Source: Phycisphaerales bacterium
GTDB lineage: Bacteria > Planctomycetota > Phycisphaerae > Phycisphaerales > SM1A02
DNA length: 64,000 nt
Direction: 5' to 3'
Assembly: GCA_022616475.1 (NCBI GenBank)
Contig: JAKEEP010000056.1
Location: 900-64,899 of the forward strand
The position numbers were made by a program, and so were the translations under genes. The notes under the pieces were generated by a model. It searched no databases and was not told the origin of the DNA. It worked only from the letters and a program-made list of their open reading frames with translations. Each line of letters begins with the position of its first letter. The stretch's first letter is position 1. Positions 26,801 through 35,650 of this stretch are shown piece by piece.

Positions 26801-29800
26801 CGATTCTTGACCGTGAATACCACAGGCGGCGGCGTCACGACGTTTGGCGGCGCTGTTGGAACGAGCTTTGACCTCTTAAGCCTGACCACAAACGCCGACG
26901 GCGAAACACGGCTCAACGGCGGCTCAGTGATCACGAGCGCCGATCAAACCTACAACGATGCCCTGCGGCTGGGCGCGAACACGACTTTGACGGCCAACAA
27001 CATCACGTTTGCTTCAACGGTGAACTCGTTTGATGCCACGGATCGATTCCTGGTCGCGAACACGACCGGCGGCGGCATCACGACATTCGGCGGCGCGGTT
27101 GGAACGAGCTTTGACTTGTTGAGTCTGACCACGAATGCTGACGGCGAAACGCGCCTCAATGGTGGCTCGATCATCACCAGCGCCGACCAGGCCTACAACG
27201 ATGTGGTACGGCTGGGGGCCAACGCGACGCTGGCGGCCAACGACGTCACATTCGCCCAGACTGTTGATTCTCTTGATTCGACGGATCGCTCCCTGGTCGT
27301 GAATACAACCGGCGGCGGAATCACGACATTTGCGAGCGCTGTGGGATCAATCTTCGAACTTCTGAACCTGACGACGAACTCCGATGGTGAGACACGACTG
27401 AATGGCGGAGTTGTGATCACGAGCGCCGATCAGACTTTCAACGACGCGGTGCGGCTGGGCGCCGACACAACGCTCACGGGCAACGACATTACGCTTGGCT
27501 CGACCGTCAACTCGTTTGATGCGACGGATCGATTCCTGGTCGTGAACACGACCGGAGGCGGAATCACGACATTCGGGGGCGCTGTGGGAGCGACCTTTGA
27601 TCTGTCGAGTCTGACCACCAATTCCGATGGAGAGACGCGGCTGAATGGCGGATCAGTCATGACGAGCGGCGATCAGTCGTATGACGACGCGGTGCGGCTC
27701 GGCGCCAACACGACATTGACGGCCAACGACATCACGTTTGCTTCGACCGTGGACTCGTTCAATGCAACAGATCGATTCCTGGTCGTAAACACAACTGGCG
27801 GCGGGAACACAACGTTCAACGGCGACGTGGGCACGGATTTCGCTCTGATGAGCCTGACGACGAACGCCGATGGGCAGACGAACATCGCCCAGGACATTGA
27901 GACCACAAACGGAATCACGTTCGCCGACAACGTGGTGCTGACAGGCGCGGGGTTGCAGACTCTGGATGCGGGCGCTGGTCTGCTGCATGCGCAGAGCACC
28001 GTTGACAAGGACACGGGCAACCTCGATCTGGTCGGCGGATCAGTCGAGCTCGACGACAACATCGTCGTTGATATTGGCAGCCTGGAGGTCACCGGCGCGC
28101 TGACGGCTTCGGGCCTTGTTCAAGCCGGGCAGAACATCGACACCAACGATACTGCTGTGTTCATGGGTGATGTGATTGGCGGCGGCAACGTCACGTTCGA
28201 CGACGCTACCGAATTCAACGGCCTAGTTGATCAAACGGTGACGGCCCAAACCGGAACGCTTTGGGCCAAGCAAACGGTCACCAAGAACAACGGCGGGAAC
28301 CTCGCGCTCAACGGTGAACTGCTGGTCAATCTCGACGGAACAGTTGACGTGAACGATGGCGGCAACCTGGCGATCACCGGTGATGGCGGCGACCTTGTGG
28401 TTGCCGGAACCATCGACGCCGAGGCGAATCTGTTGGCTGGTGGCGACATCACCGTTGACGGTGCGGCGACTGTGGGAGGCAACGTCAACGCAGGTGGGAA
28501 CGTGACGTTCCACGACGCCTCAGAAGTTGGTGGATTCGTTCAGGCGACTGGTGGCAATGCGCTGTTCGAGGGCGAGGCGAACATCGATGGCAACATTACC
28601 GCGGGCAACAACGCGACGTTCCAGCAGGACGCGTTCCTTGGCGGCGATGTGTTTGCCAGCGTGAACATTACCTTTGAGATGGATGCTGAATTTGATGGAT
28701 CGAGTCATCAGTCAGTCGATGCCGATGGTGGACTGCTCGATTTCAACGGCTCGCTGGTCAAGAGTTCGGCGGGGAACTTGAGCCTTCACGGCGATACCGG
28801 CATTCACGTGGCCGGAAACGCCCAAACGGGCGACGGCAACCTCGTGTTTGAGGACGATGTGGAGTTTGACGGGGCCGCAGGCGTCAATCAAGTTGCGCAG
28901 GCGGGCACCGGTGTTGGCGACGGAATGCTCGACTTCCACGGGAGCACGCTGCGAACCCAGCAGGGGAATCTGAATCTCGTTGGCGCCGACGGCATCGAAG
29001 TGGCGGGAAATGCCACGACGTTCGATGGCGACCTGGTGTTTGACGGTGATGTCGAGTTCGATGCGAGCGCCGGGAGTGACCAACTCGCTCAAGCCGGCGA
29101 CGATGGAACGCTGGATTTTCAGGGAGACATCGATCGGACAGAGGATGGGAATCTCACGCTGATCGGAGCAGGCGGCATTGAAGTGGCAGGCAACGCCAGC
29201 ACAAGCAACGGCGATTTGTTCCTGAACAACGATACGGAGTTTGATGGCGCGGGCGATCAGGAGGTTTTGGCGAACGGCGGCACGCTCGATTTTGATGGAG
29301 AGGTCGAGAAGACCACGGGCGGCGCGCTGACTCTTGCCGGGACAGATGGCATCTTCGCTTCCGAAAACGTCGAAACCGCCGATGGCGACCTGACGTTCGC
29401 CGACGATGCGCACTTTGACGGCGAAGGGAAGCAAGAGATCAGCGCCTCGGGCGGCCTGCTCAGTTTCGCATCGGACGTCGAGAAGCTCAACGGGGGGATT
29501 GCAGGCAATCTGAAACTGATCGGCGATTTGGGCGTCAGCATCGGGGGCGACGTTGAAGTTCAAGACGCCAGCTTGATCGTGCAGGGCGACGCGTTCCTGG
29601 GCGGCGATGTGTTCGCGAGCGTCAATGTGCACTTCCGCGACGATATTGAAATCCAGGCCAATGGGTTGAAGATCAACGCCGGGGAAAGCGTCAGACTTCT
29701 CGGTCAAATCACAAGCGAAGCGAATGAGACGAATGATCTGCGAATCAAGAGCCTGGATGGCGATGTTGTTCTTGGCGGCAGCATTGGAACCAATGCAGCA

Positions 29801-31084
29801 AACCAGCTAGGAACACTGCGAATCAATGCCGGAGGCGACGGCATCATTGATTTCCGATCAGGCCACGTGCTCGTGGCGGGGGATCTGGTGCTGAACAAGA
29901 ACCAGCACGCCTCAGTGCCTCTCGCGGCGACGATCGTCGGCCGAGACGACCTCAGCATCAACGTCGGCGGCGATTTCATCATGGGGCAAAATGAGAAATT
30001 CACCGTGCTGGGCGATCTGGCCATTCACGCCGACAACGCCACGCTGAGCGATCTCTCCACTCTGGGCGACATGACGGTGGACACAACGAGCGCGGGGACG
30101 ATTCTGATTCTCCGTCGTCTGGCGAGCAATGTGCTTGAAGCGGATGGAAGTCTGGTTGAGGATCTGGGAGTCGATTTCGTCGCCGGCGGCGAAATCAACT
30201 TCATCTTCGGCACGCTGGCGCCGCAATCGGCGGGCGATCCGCGGCCGACCTTTGCCACCGTCGAGGGGATCAACGGCGTGAATCTTGAGTTGGCGTTTGC
30301 GCTGGATCCGTCCGATGGCAATCGGTATTCGTTCCGTCGGCTCAGCAACGTCTACGGGTCGTTCTTTAATGGCACCGATTCGCCTGTGTTTGGAGGCAGT
30401 GTGCTCGATCTGCGCACGCAAGGGCCCACTGAGACCGATCCATCGACAGCGCTCGCCAGCACTGTTCCGCTGGAGAGTCGTGTTCGAATTGTGCCGCCAG
30501 GTGCTGAGCTTTCGGCAGCGCAGCGCGAGCACCTGGCGCAACTGCGAATTCGAGTGCGCAATTGGCCGGACCAGGGACGGTGGGTGGAAGAAACCAGCCT
30601 GGCGGCGGGCAAATACGTATTCGAAGACGTTCCATCGAAAGTGGGATCGGCCGACCGCGAGATCGCGGAGGGCCGTCTCGATCGGGAATTGGTGACACGA
30701 GTGCTGGCGATGCGCGACGCATTCCTTGAGACGACCGATCCAGAGCAGGCCGACAAAAAAGGCTGGATCGTGGTGAAGGAAATGTTGCAGCGAACCTGGA
30801 CCAAATACTACGAGGAAATGACGGCAGCTGGCGTTGAAGAGCCACCCATCGATGGCTTCCGCGCTTACATCGAGGGCCTGCCCGAAACCGACGCCGCCCC
30901 CCGGATGGTGGCGGACCTGCGCAAATTCCTTGAGGCGCTGAGCCTGCTGGGGCTGAATTCCTGGGAGGCCGCCAATCCGCGCAGCGCCATCATTCACGAA
31001 ATCACGCCAGCTGATATGCAGCAAGTGATCGAGAAATTATTTGAGCAAGGGCCGGACACTCGCACGCAAGCGATGGCAGACTGA
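23804..31084 (+). CDS. Two-partner secretion exoprotein (TpsA; filamentous haemagglutinin-like, 2,426 aa)
   Basis: GGAGG lies upstream of the ATG and the signal region is extended. The TPS domain reads INGNVVFKQNGNVYIIQASNKSIINFSSFNIGANETVQFIQP...LNRITG...TQIDGQL...IVYLVNPAGVIFG. Long beta-helix-type repeat tracts follow. The ~250-aa C-terminal region is helical and non-repetitive. Confidence 0.9.
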   Translation: MDHTTLRRFNRLSRPYAAFAAAFSLLIAPLVALGGPQGMQVINGNVVFKQNGNVYIIQASNKSIINFSSFNIGANETVQFIQPNELARVLNRITGPGPTQIDGQLLANGIVYLVNPAGVIFGNGSVVDVGGIYAAAADISNTRFIKDINRFPNVTGDVVNHGTIHGDIVHLIGKHVANHGVIVADGGLVSMLAGDDIFIGKQNGRILVRIDGHNLANAAAAGQSSPDVQATPGVENTGIIRAHDGQVVVGAGDLYSLAIRNSGTISAKRGDVTVAAADGVIHNTGLISASTHGGTAGSVTVRGPSVVNSGEISADSDKGQAGSVEVTSQNHTYLLDGSLVSAAGGNDSANGGEVLIHSYNGLTVFEDGAVVDVSGGYQGGHGGFAEVSGKWLDYAGHVNLKAKGGYDRGHLLIDPRDITIELLDDEADPAGSKYLDPEGSILFDEPDETTDIVVSVHALTQVMGEITLQATRDIFINDDVNLVNSNDVTLEAWRDIFFNAAINGAHDLTATADADNDGDGALHLPIDFDLSGSGNFSGAEIRLSADISAGVEALVGGGGDLTFNDPVILTEDVTLNADNITFASTIDSDAIGTPRVLQVNSANAGTTIFGGAIGSTALLEALTTNADGETQLNGGAVTANADLNFNDPVRLGADTTLAANDVTFAQTVDSFDATDRFLVVNTTGGGATTFADAVGSTFDLLSLTTNADGETRLFGGSVVTSADQTYNDAVRLGADTTLAGNDVTFASTVNSFDATDRFLVVNTTGGGITTFGGTVGSTFDLLSLTTNADGETRLNGGSIITSADQTYNDAVRLGANTTLTGNDITLASTVNSFDATDRSLVVNTSGGGITTFGGAVGASFDLLSLSTNTDGETRLNGGSIITSGDQTYNDSVWLGANTTLTANDITFVSTVNSLDATDRFLVVNTTGGGITTFGGAIGSIFDLLSLTTNADGETRLNGGSVITSADQTYNDALRLGANTTLAANDVTFAASVNSFDATDRFLTVNTTGGGVTTFGGAVGTSFDLLSLTTNADGETRLNGGSVITSADQTYNDALRLGANTTLTANNITFASTVNSFDATDRFLVANTTGGGITTFGGAVGTSFDLLSLTTNADGETRLNGGSIITSADQAYNDVVRLGANATLAANDVTFAQTVDSLDSTDRSLVVNTTGGGITTFASAVGSIFELLNLTTNSDGETRLNGGVVITSADQTFNDAVRLGADTTLTGNDITLGSTVNSFDATDRFLVVNTTGGGITTFGGAVGATFDLSSLTTNSDGETRLNGGSVMTSGDQSYDDAVRLGANTTLTANDITFASTVDSFNATDRFLVVNTTGGGNTTFNGDVGTDFALMSLTTNADGQTNIAQDIETTNGITFADNVVLTGAGLQTLDAGAGLLHAQSTVDKDTGNLDLVGGSVELDDNIVVDIGSLEVTGALTASGLVQAGQNIDTNDTAVFMGDVIGGGNVTFDDATEFNGLVDQTVTAQTGTLWAKQTVTKNNGGNLALNGELLVNLDGTVDVNDGGNLAITGDGGDLVVAGTIDAEANLLAGGDITVDGAATVGGNVNAGGNVTFHDASEVGGFVQATGGNALFEGEANIDGNITAGNNATFQQDAFLGGDVFASVNITFEMDAEFDGSSHQSVDADGGLLDFNGSLVKSSAGNLSLHGDTGIHVAGNAQTGDGNLVFEDDVEFDGAAGVNQVAQAGTGVGDGMLDFHGSTLRTQQGNLNLVGADGIEVAGNATTFDGDLVFDGDVEFDASAGSDQLAQAGDDGTLDFQGDIDRTEDGNLTLIGAGGIEVAGNASTSNGDLFLNNDTEFDGAGDQEVLANGGTLDFDGEVEKTTGGALTLAGTDGIFASENVETADGDLTFADDAHFDGEGKQEISASGGLLSFASDVEKLNGGIAGNLKLIGDLGVSIGGDVEVQDASLIVQGDAFLGGDVFASVNVHFRDDIEIQANGLKINAGESVRLLGQITSEANETNDLRIKSLDGDVVLGGSIGTNAANQLGTLRINAGGDGIIDFRSGHVLVAGDLVLNKNQHASVPLAATIVGRDDLSINVGGDFIMGQNEKFTVLGDLAIHADNATLSDLSTLGDMTVDTTSAGTILILRRLASNVLEADGSLVEDLGVDFVAGGEINFIFGTLAPQSAGDPRPTFATVEGINGVNLELAFALDPSDGNRYSFRRLSNVYGSFFNGTDSPVFGGSVLDLRTQGPTETDPSTALASTVPLESRVRIVPPGAELSAAQREHLAQLRIRVRNWPDQGRWVEETSLAAGKYVFEDVPSKVGSADREIAEGRLDRELVTRVLAMRDAFLETTDPEQADKKGWIVVKEMLQRTWTKYYEEMTAAGVEEPPIDGFRAYIEGLPETDAAPRMVADLRKFLEALSLLGLNSWEAANPRSAIIHEITPADMQQVIEKLFEQGPDTRTQAMAD
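25670..27856 (+). repeat. Nine tandem copies of a 243-nt (81-aa) repeat inside tpsA
   Basis: The protein unit TTNADGETRLNGGS(V/I)ITSADQTYNDA(V/L)RLGANTTLTANDITFASTVNSFDATDRFLVVNTTGGGITTFGGAVG(T/S)SFDLLSL recurs nine times in phase. More degenerate copies sit on each side. The period also shows as a ladder of minus-strand ORFs spaced 243 nt apart. Confidence 0.95.
28690..29593 (+). repeat. Five diverged ~58-64-aa repeats (second repeat family) inside tpsA
   Basis: The recurring unit is EFDG(A/S)..Q......G.LDF.G.......GNL.L.G..GI.V.GN..T..GDL.F..D. It is recognisable at protein level only and is much more diverged than the 243-nt family. Confidence 0.7.
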
Positions 31085-31097
31085 GCTTGGCCGCATC

Positions 31098-31439
31098 ATG
31101 CACGCGTCAATGAACCATCAATCGGGAAGTTCGTCGGAGCTTGGGCAGGACCTATTGAGCCGAATCGTTGAGCAGCAACCGGCCTCGGCCGACCATTCAA
31201 CGCCGCTGAGCGCGACCTCGAGGTCGGCGGTGGCGGAGGTCGCCCGGCGCTATGCCGGCGAGCGGCTGTCACTCAATCCGATCACGGTGGAACTGCTGCG
31301 CGCCGTGTTGGTGGATTGGCTGGGAGTGCCCACCGGCGGCATCGAGACGATCGTCGAGCAGGTGGCGGCGACGCTTTACGAGGATCCGGTCTCGCATGAC
31401 CGGCTGCAGGCGATGTGGATCAACCTGGGTGGGAGCTAA
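31098..31439 (+). CDS. Small hypothetical protein (113 aa) coupled to the downstream sigma-factor gene
   Basis: The ATG lies 14 nt after the tpsA stop. The stop lies 4 nt before the sigma-factor ATG. The N-terminus is Ser/Gln-rich and probably disordered, and the C-terminal half is helical. No recognisable motif. Confidence 0.55.
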   Translation: MHASMNHQSGSSSELGQDLLSRIVEQQPASADHSTPLSATSRSAVAEVARRYAGERLSLNPITVELLRAVLVDWLGVPTGGIETIVEQVAATLYEDPVSHDRLQAMWINLGGS

Positions 31440-31443
31440 GCGC

Positions 31444-32190
31444 ATGGCGGCGGCCCGGCAAATGACTGTTCAGCGCGTGATCGAACCGGTTGTGGAGAGC
31501 AAGTCAGCCACATCGGCGAGACAGCAACTGATCGAGTCGTGCCAGGGTCTGGTTCGATCGCTGGCGTGGAAGATTCACAAGAAACTGCCGGCACACGTCG
31601 AACTGGAAGACTTGATCGCCTATGGAGATGTCGGCTTGACGCAAGCGGCAGATGATTTCGACCCGACCCGCGGGCACCGATTCATCACCTACGCGCACCA
31701 TCGGATCCGGGGCGCGATCCTTGACGGGCTGTCGCAAATGGCCTGGTTCAACCGCCAAGACTATCACCGGTCGCGCTACGAGCAAATGGCCAACGAGTTC
31801 TTGCGACTGCACGGCGAAGATGGAGCCATGGTGGCGTCAAACGATGTCGAGCAGCAGCTGCACTGGTTGAGAGATGTCGGGAGCAGCTTGGTAGTTGTGC
31901 ATCTGGCGTGCGGCGATGATGATCGCGGCGTCAAGGGCCTGGTTGAAGACTCGGAGGTGGAGCCGGAGCGGCGAACGATTCAACAGGAGCTTCGGCAGAA
32001 GCTACGACAACTCATCGATGAGTTGCCTGCGGAGGCAGGCCTGTTGATCCGCTCGGCGTACTTTGACGGGTTGACGTTGCAGGAGGCGGGCCAGCGACTG
32101 GGAATCAGCAAGGCGTGGGCAAGCCGGCTCCACGCCAAGACGCTTCAGCGGCTGGCGAAGTCGTTGCGGCTGGCGGGGGTTGCGGACTAG
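31444..32190 (+). CDS. Sigma-70 family factor, group 3 (FliA/WhiG/SigB-like)
   Basis: Region 2 reads LIESCQGLVRSLAWKIHKK...ELEDLIAYGDVGLTQAADDFDPTRGHRFITYAHHRIRGAILDGL. Region 4 has an HTH: LLIRSAYFDGLTLQEAGQRLGISKAWASRLHAKTLQRLAKSL. The listed ORF start (31252) overlaps the previous gene. The ATG at 31444 gives a normal 248-aa sigma factor. Confidence 0.85.
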   Translation: MAAARQMTVQRVIEPVVESKSATSARQQLIESCQGLVRSLAWKIHKKLPAHVELEDLIAYGDVGLTQAADDFDPTRGHRFITYAHHRIRGAILDGLSQMAWFNRQDYHRSRYEQMANEFLRLHGEDGAMVASNDVEQQLHWLRDVGSSLVVVHLACGDDDRGVKGLVEDSEVEPERRTIQQELRQKLRQLIDELPAEAGLLIRSAYFDGLTLQEAGQRLGISKAWASRLHAKTLQRLAKSLRLAGVAD

Positions 32191-32236
32191 GAGACGGTTG
32201 GTATGTTCGGTCTGAAATTTTGGAAACGGAGCACAG

Positions 32237-33370
32237 ATGCCATCGGCACAAGTTCTTGAAATCAAGGATCTGTTGCAGCCCATTCCCGGAGGCAACCCTG
32301 CTGGGGCGAACCTGCGCGACGATCGGTCGCCGGTTTCGATCTACCAGGCGATCAAGGCAAGCCGAACACAGGCTCGGGCGGCGGAGCGGCAGGCTTTGAC
32401 CGAGGATTCGGAATCGTCAAGTGTCAAGGCGGATTGGCGTCCAATCCTCGAGCAGGCGCCGAAGGTCATCGCTGAGAAATCCAAGGACATCGAGCTGGCG
32501 GCCTGGCTGATTGAGGCGCTGGTGAGGCAGCACGGCTTTGCGGGGATGCGCGATGGATTTCGGTTGGCGCGCGAGCTCGCCGAACAATTCTGGGACCAGT
32601 TGTACCCGTTGCCCAACGAAGATGGGGTCGCGGACCGGGTTGCGGCGCTGGCGGGACTGAATGGCGTGGAAGGCGAGGGGACGCTGATCGCGGCCATCAA
32701 TCGCGTTCCGTTGGCGATTGGAAAAGACGGCCGGGGCCATACGAGGGCCGACTACAAGCAGGCGGCGGACTTGGAGGCCGTCACGGATCCGGATCGGCGC
32801 AGCCAGCGTTTGGCCCGCGGCGCGGTGAGCATGGAGATGCTGGAGCGCGCGGCGCTGGAGACGCCCGCGGAGTTCTTCCGGAATGTGCGCGACGACTTGA
32901 AGCAATGCAGCGAAGAGTTCGATCTGCTCTGCGGCGTGATGGATCAACGCTGTGGAAGGGGACCGGACGGAGCGCCGGCAGCGCCTCCTTCATCGGCCAT
33001 TCGCTCAGCGCTGGCTGAGTGCATGGATGTGGTGCTGGCGCTGGGCAAGAACGTATTCGGAGATGATGCGGCAGGGAGCGCCGAAGGCGAGGCGCGTTCG
33101 ACCGACGAGGCGCGACCCGCCGCTGGGGGCGGCGCGGTGGCGCGGCAGATTCACAATCGCCAGGAAGCATTGCAATCGCTGCTGCGCGTGGCGCAGTTTT
33201 TCAAGGATACCGAGCCGCACAGCCCGATTTCGTACGCGCTGGAGCAGGCGGTGCGCTGGGCGAAGATGCCGCTGCCGGCGTTGCTGGGTGAGCTGATACC
33301 CGATCAAAGCGCCCGCGAGAGCGTGTTCAAGCTCGTTGGCATTGTTCCAGAGAAAGGTCCGAACAGTTAG
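32237..33370 (+). CDS. tssA: T6SS protein TssA (ImpA N-terminal domain family)
   Basis: ImpA_N-like opening (LLQPIPGGNPAGANLRDDRSPVSIYQAIKASR). Conserved C-terminal segment EPHSPISYALEQAVRWAKMPLPALLGEL. It lies upstream of tssB. Confidence 0.85.
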   Translation: MPSAQVLEIKDLLQPIPGGNPAGANLRDDRSPVSIYQAIKASRTQARAAERQALTEDSESSSVKADWRPILEQAPKVIAEKSKDIELAAWLIEALVRQHGFAGMRDGFRLARELAEQFWDQLYPLPNEDGVADRVAALAGLNGVEGEGTLIAAINRVPLAIGKDGRGHTRADYKQAADLEAVTDPDRRSQRLARGAVSMEMLERAALETPAEFFRNVRDDLKQCSEEFDLLCGVMDQRCGRGPDGAPAAPPSSAIRSALAECMDVVLALGKNVFGDDAAGSAEGEARSTDEARPAAGGGAVARQIHNRQEALQSLLRVAQFFKDTEPHSPISYALEQAVRWAKMPLPALLGELIPDQSARESVFKLVGIVPEKGPNS

Positions 33371-33541
33371 CTGACGAATGGTCACAGGCATGCACATGCG
33401 CCGGCGACGGCGCATTGAAATTGAAAGGGAAGGCAAGGCAACCGTAGTGGTCCGAAATCGTCTTCGGTACACTGAACAACACACCGTGCTCGCTGCGCGA
33501 TACTTCACGGGCGGGCCTCATCCAATGGAGGTAAGCATCAC

Positions 33542-34057
33542 ATGGCCGAATCTGTACATGACAAACTCAAGCGCGTGAGGAAGCCGCGCGTTCACATCAC
33601 CTACGAGGTGGAAACCGAAGGGGCGATGGTGGTCAAGGAATTGCCGTTTGTGGTGGGCGTCATGGGCGACTACTCGGGCAACCCGAGCGAGCCGCTCAAG
33701 CCGCTGAAGGATCGCAAGTTCATTCAGATCGATCGCGACAACTTCAACGATGTCATGAGCCGCTTGACGCCCGGATTGAACCTCAAGGTGGAGAACACGC
33801 TGAAGGGCGACGGCGGTGAGTTGGGCATTGAGCTGAAATTCAAATCGATGGACGATTTCCTTCCGGCCAACGTGGCCAAACAGGTCGAGCCGCTGCGCAA
33901 ATTGATGGAAACGCGCAACAAGCTTCGTGATCTGCAAACCAAGGTGGACCGTTCGGATGAGCTGGAGAACGTGTTGGAGCGCATCCTGCAGGACACTGAT
34001 GAACTGAAGAAGGCATCAAGCGAGCTGGGCGTTGAAGCGCCAGCGACAGGAGCGTAA
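33542..34057 (+). CDS. tssB: T6SS contractile sheath small subunit TssB (VipA)
   Basis: Contains [33 protein letters not shown], typical of TssB. Size is 171 aa. GGAGG lies 8 nt upstream of the ATG. Confidence 0.95.
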   Translation: MAESVHDKLKRVRKPRVHITYEVETEGAMVVKELPFVVGVMGDYSGNPSEPLKPLKDRKFIQIDRDNFNDVMSRLTPGLNLKVENTLKGDGGELGIELKFKSMDDFLPANVAKQVEPLRKLMETRNKLRDLQTKVDRSDELENVLERILQDTDELKKASSELGVEAPATGA

Positions 34058-34061
34058 CCCA

Positions 34062-35558
34062 ATGAGTGCAGCCGAACAGAAAACCCAAGCCGCGGGCGCC
34101 GCCACAACGGTTGCCGGCGCAAGCCTGCTGGAGCAGGCGATTTCCGCCACCAAGCAGACCGAACGGTCACAAGCTCAAGAGATGGTGAAGACTCTGGTCG
34201 CCGAAGTGACCAAAGGCACGGTGAGCTGGAGCAGGAACGTCTCGCGGACGATCAAGCTGGGAATTGAAGCCATCGATGCGGTGATCTCCAAGCAACTGGC
34301 CGCGATCATGCATCATCCGGATTTCCAGAAATTGGAAGGATCGTGGCGCGGGCTGAATTACCTGGTGATGAACACCGAAACCAGCGCGCAGTTGAAGATC
34401 AAGCTCTTGAACGTGTCAAAGCGCGATTTGTTCAAAGACCTGGACCGCGCGGTGGAATTCGATCAGAGCCAGGTCTTCAAGAAACTGTATGAGAACGAGT
34501 TCGGATCGCCCGGCGGTGAGCCGTACGGCGCGCTGGTGGGCGATTACGAGATCACGAATCATCCCGAGGACATCGATCTGCTGACCAAGATGTCGAATAT
34601 TTCGGCGGCGGCCTTCGCTCCATTCATCACGGCCGCGTCTCACGCGCTGTTGGGGCTTGACAGCTACACGGAGCTCGCCAAGCCGCGCGATCTGGAGAAG
34701 ATCTTCGACTCGGTCGAGTACACGTCGTGGAAGTCGTTCCGCGACAGCGAGGATTCGCGTTTTGTAACGATGGCGATGCCGCGCGTGCTTTCGCGCCTGC
34801 CCTACGGGGCCAACACCAAGCCGATTGAGGAATTTGGGTTCGAAGAAGTGACCTTGGACAGCAAGGGCAAGGCCAAGAAAGTCGCGCACGAGCACTATTG
34901 CTGGATGAACGCCGCCTACGTCCTTGGAGCGCGACTCACCGATTCGTTCGCCAAGAACGGCTGGTGCACATCGATTCGCGGCGCCGAGAACGGCGGCAAG
35001 GTCGAAGGGTTGCCCGCACACGTGTTCACCAGCGATGATGGCGATCCTGACCTGATGTGCCCCACCGAGATCGGGATCACCGATCGGCGCGAAGCGGAAT
35101 TGAGCAAGCTGGGCTTCCTGCCGCTGTGTCACTATAAGAACACGGATTACTCGGTGTTCTTCGGCGCGCAGACGGCGCAGAGACCCAAGAAGTACGACCG
35201 TCCCGCGGCAACGGCGAACGCGGCAATCTCAGCGCGCCTGCCATACATCATGGCAACGGGCCGGATCGCGCACTATCTGAAGGTGATTGCGCGCGACAAG
35301 ATCGGCTCGTTCATGGAGGCTAGCGATTGTCAGGAATGGCTGAATCGGTGGATCGCCAACTACATCTGCGCCGACGCCAAGCCGACGGCGGAGATGAAGG
35401 CGAAGTACCCTCTGGCTGAGGCGAAGATCGAAGTGAAGGAAGTGCCCGGCGCGCCCGGCAGCTACAACGCGGTGGCGTGGCTGCGGCCGTGGTTGCAAAT
35501 GGAAGAACTGACCACGTCGTTGCGAATGGTGGCCAGCATTCCGAAGCTGTCTTCGTGA
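34062..35558 (+). CDS. tssC: T6SS contractile sheath large subunit TssC (VipB), copy 1
   Basis: Contains [61 protein letters not shown] and the C-terminal [19 protein letters not shown]. The ATG lies 5 nt after the tssB stop. Confidence 0.95.
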   Translation: MSAAEQKTQAAGAATTVAGASLLEQAISATKQTERSQAQEMVKTLVAEVTKGTVSWSRNVSRTIKLGIEAIDAVISKQLAAIMHHPDFQKLEGSWRGLNYLVMNTETSAQLKIKLLNVSKRDLFKDLDRAVEFDQSQVFKKLYENEFGSPGGEPYGALVGDYEITNHPEDIDLLTKMSNISAAAFAPFITAASHALLGLDSYTELAKPRDLEKIFDSVEYTSWKSFRDSEDSRFVTMAMPRVLSRLPYGANTKPIEEFGFEEVTLDSKGKAKKVAHEHYCWMNAAYVLGARLTDSFAKNGWCTSIRGAENGGKVEGLPAHVFTSDDGDPDLMCPTEIGITDRREAELSKLGFLPLCHYKNTDYSVFFGAQTAQRPKKYDRPAATANAAISARLPYIMATGRIAHYLKVIARDKIGSFMEASDCQEWLNRWIANYICADAKPTAEMKAKYPLAEAKIEVKEVPGAPGSYNAVAWLRPWLQMEELTTSLRMVASIPKLSS

Positions 35559-35650
35559 GCGCGGGTTCAACCGCGCCAGACACGCCAATCCCAAATGGAT
35601 TGCGCGCGTCTGGCGCGGCGAATCCGGGCGCCGGAGGGAACGGTTGTGTC

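Noticed and set aside
25978-27660. A ladder of seven ~75-aa minus-strand ORFs spaced exactly 243 nt apart, resembling an array of small repeated genes or a CRISPR-like periodic structure.
   Set aside because: The periodicity is that of the 81-aa tandem repeat in the + strand tpsA gene. These ORFs are antisense shadows of that repeat. There is no repeat-spacer organisation, because the whole unit repeats.
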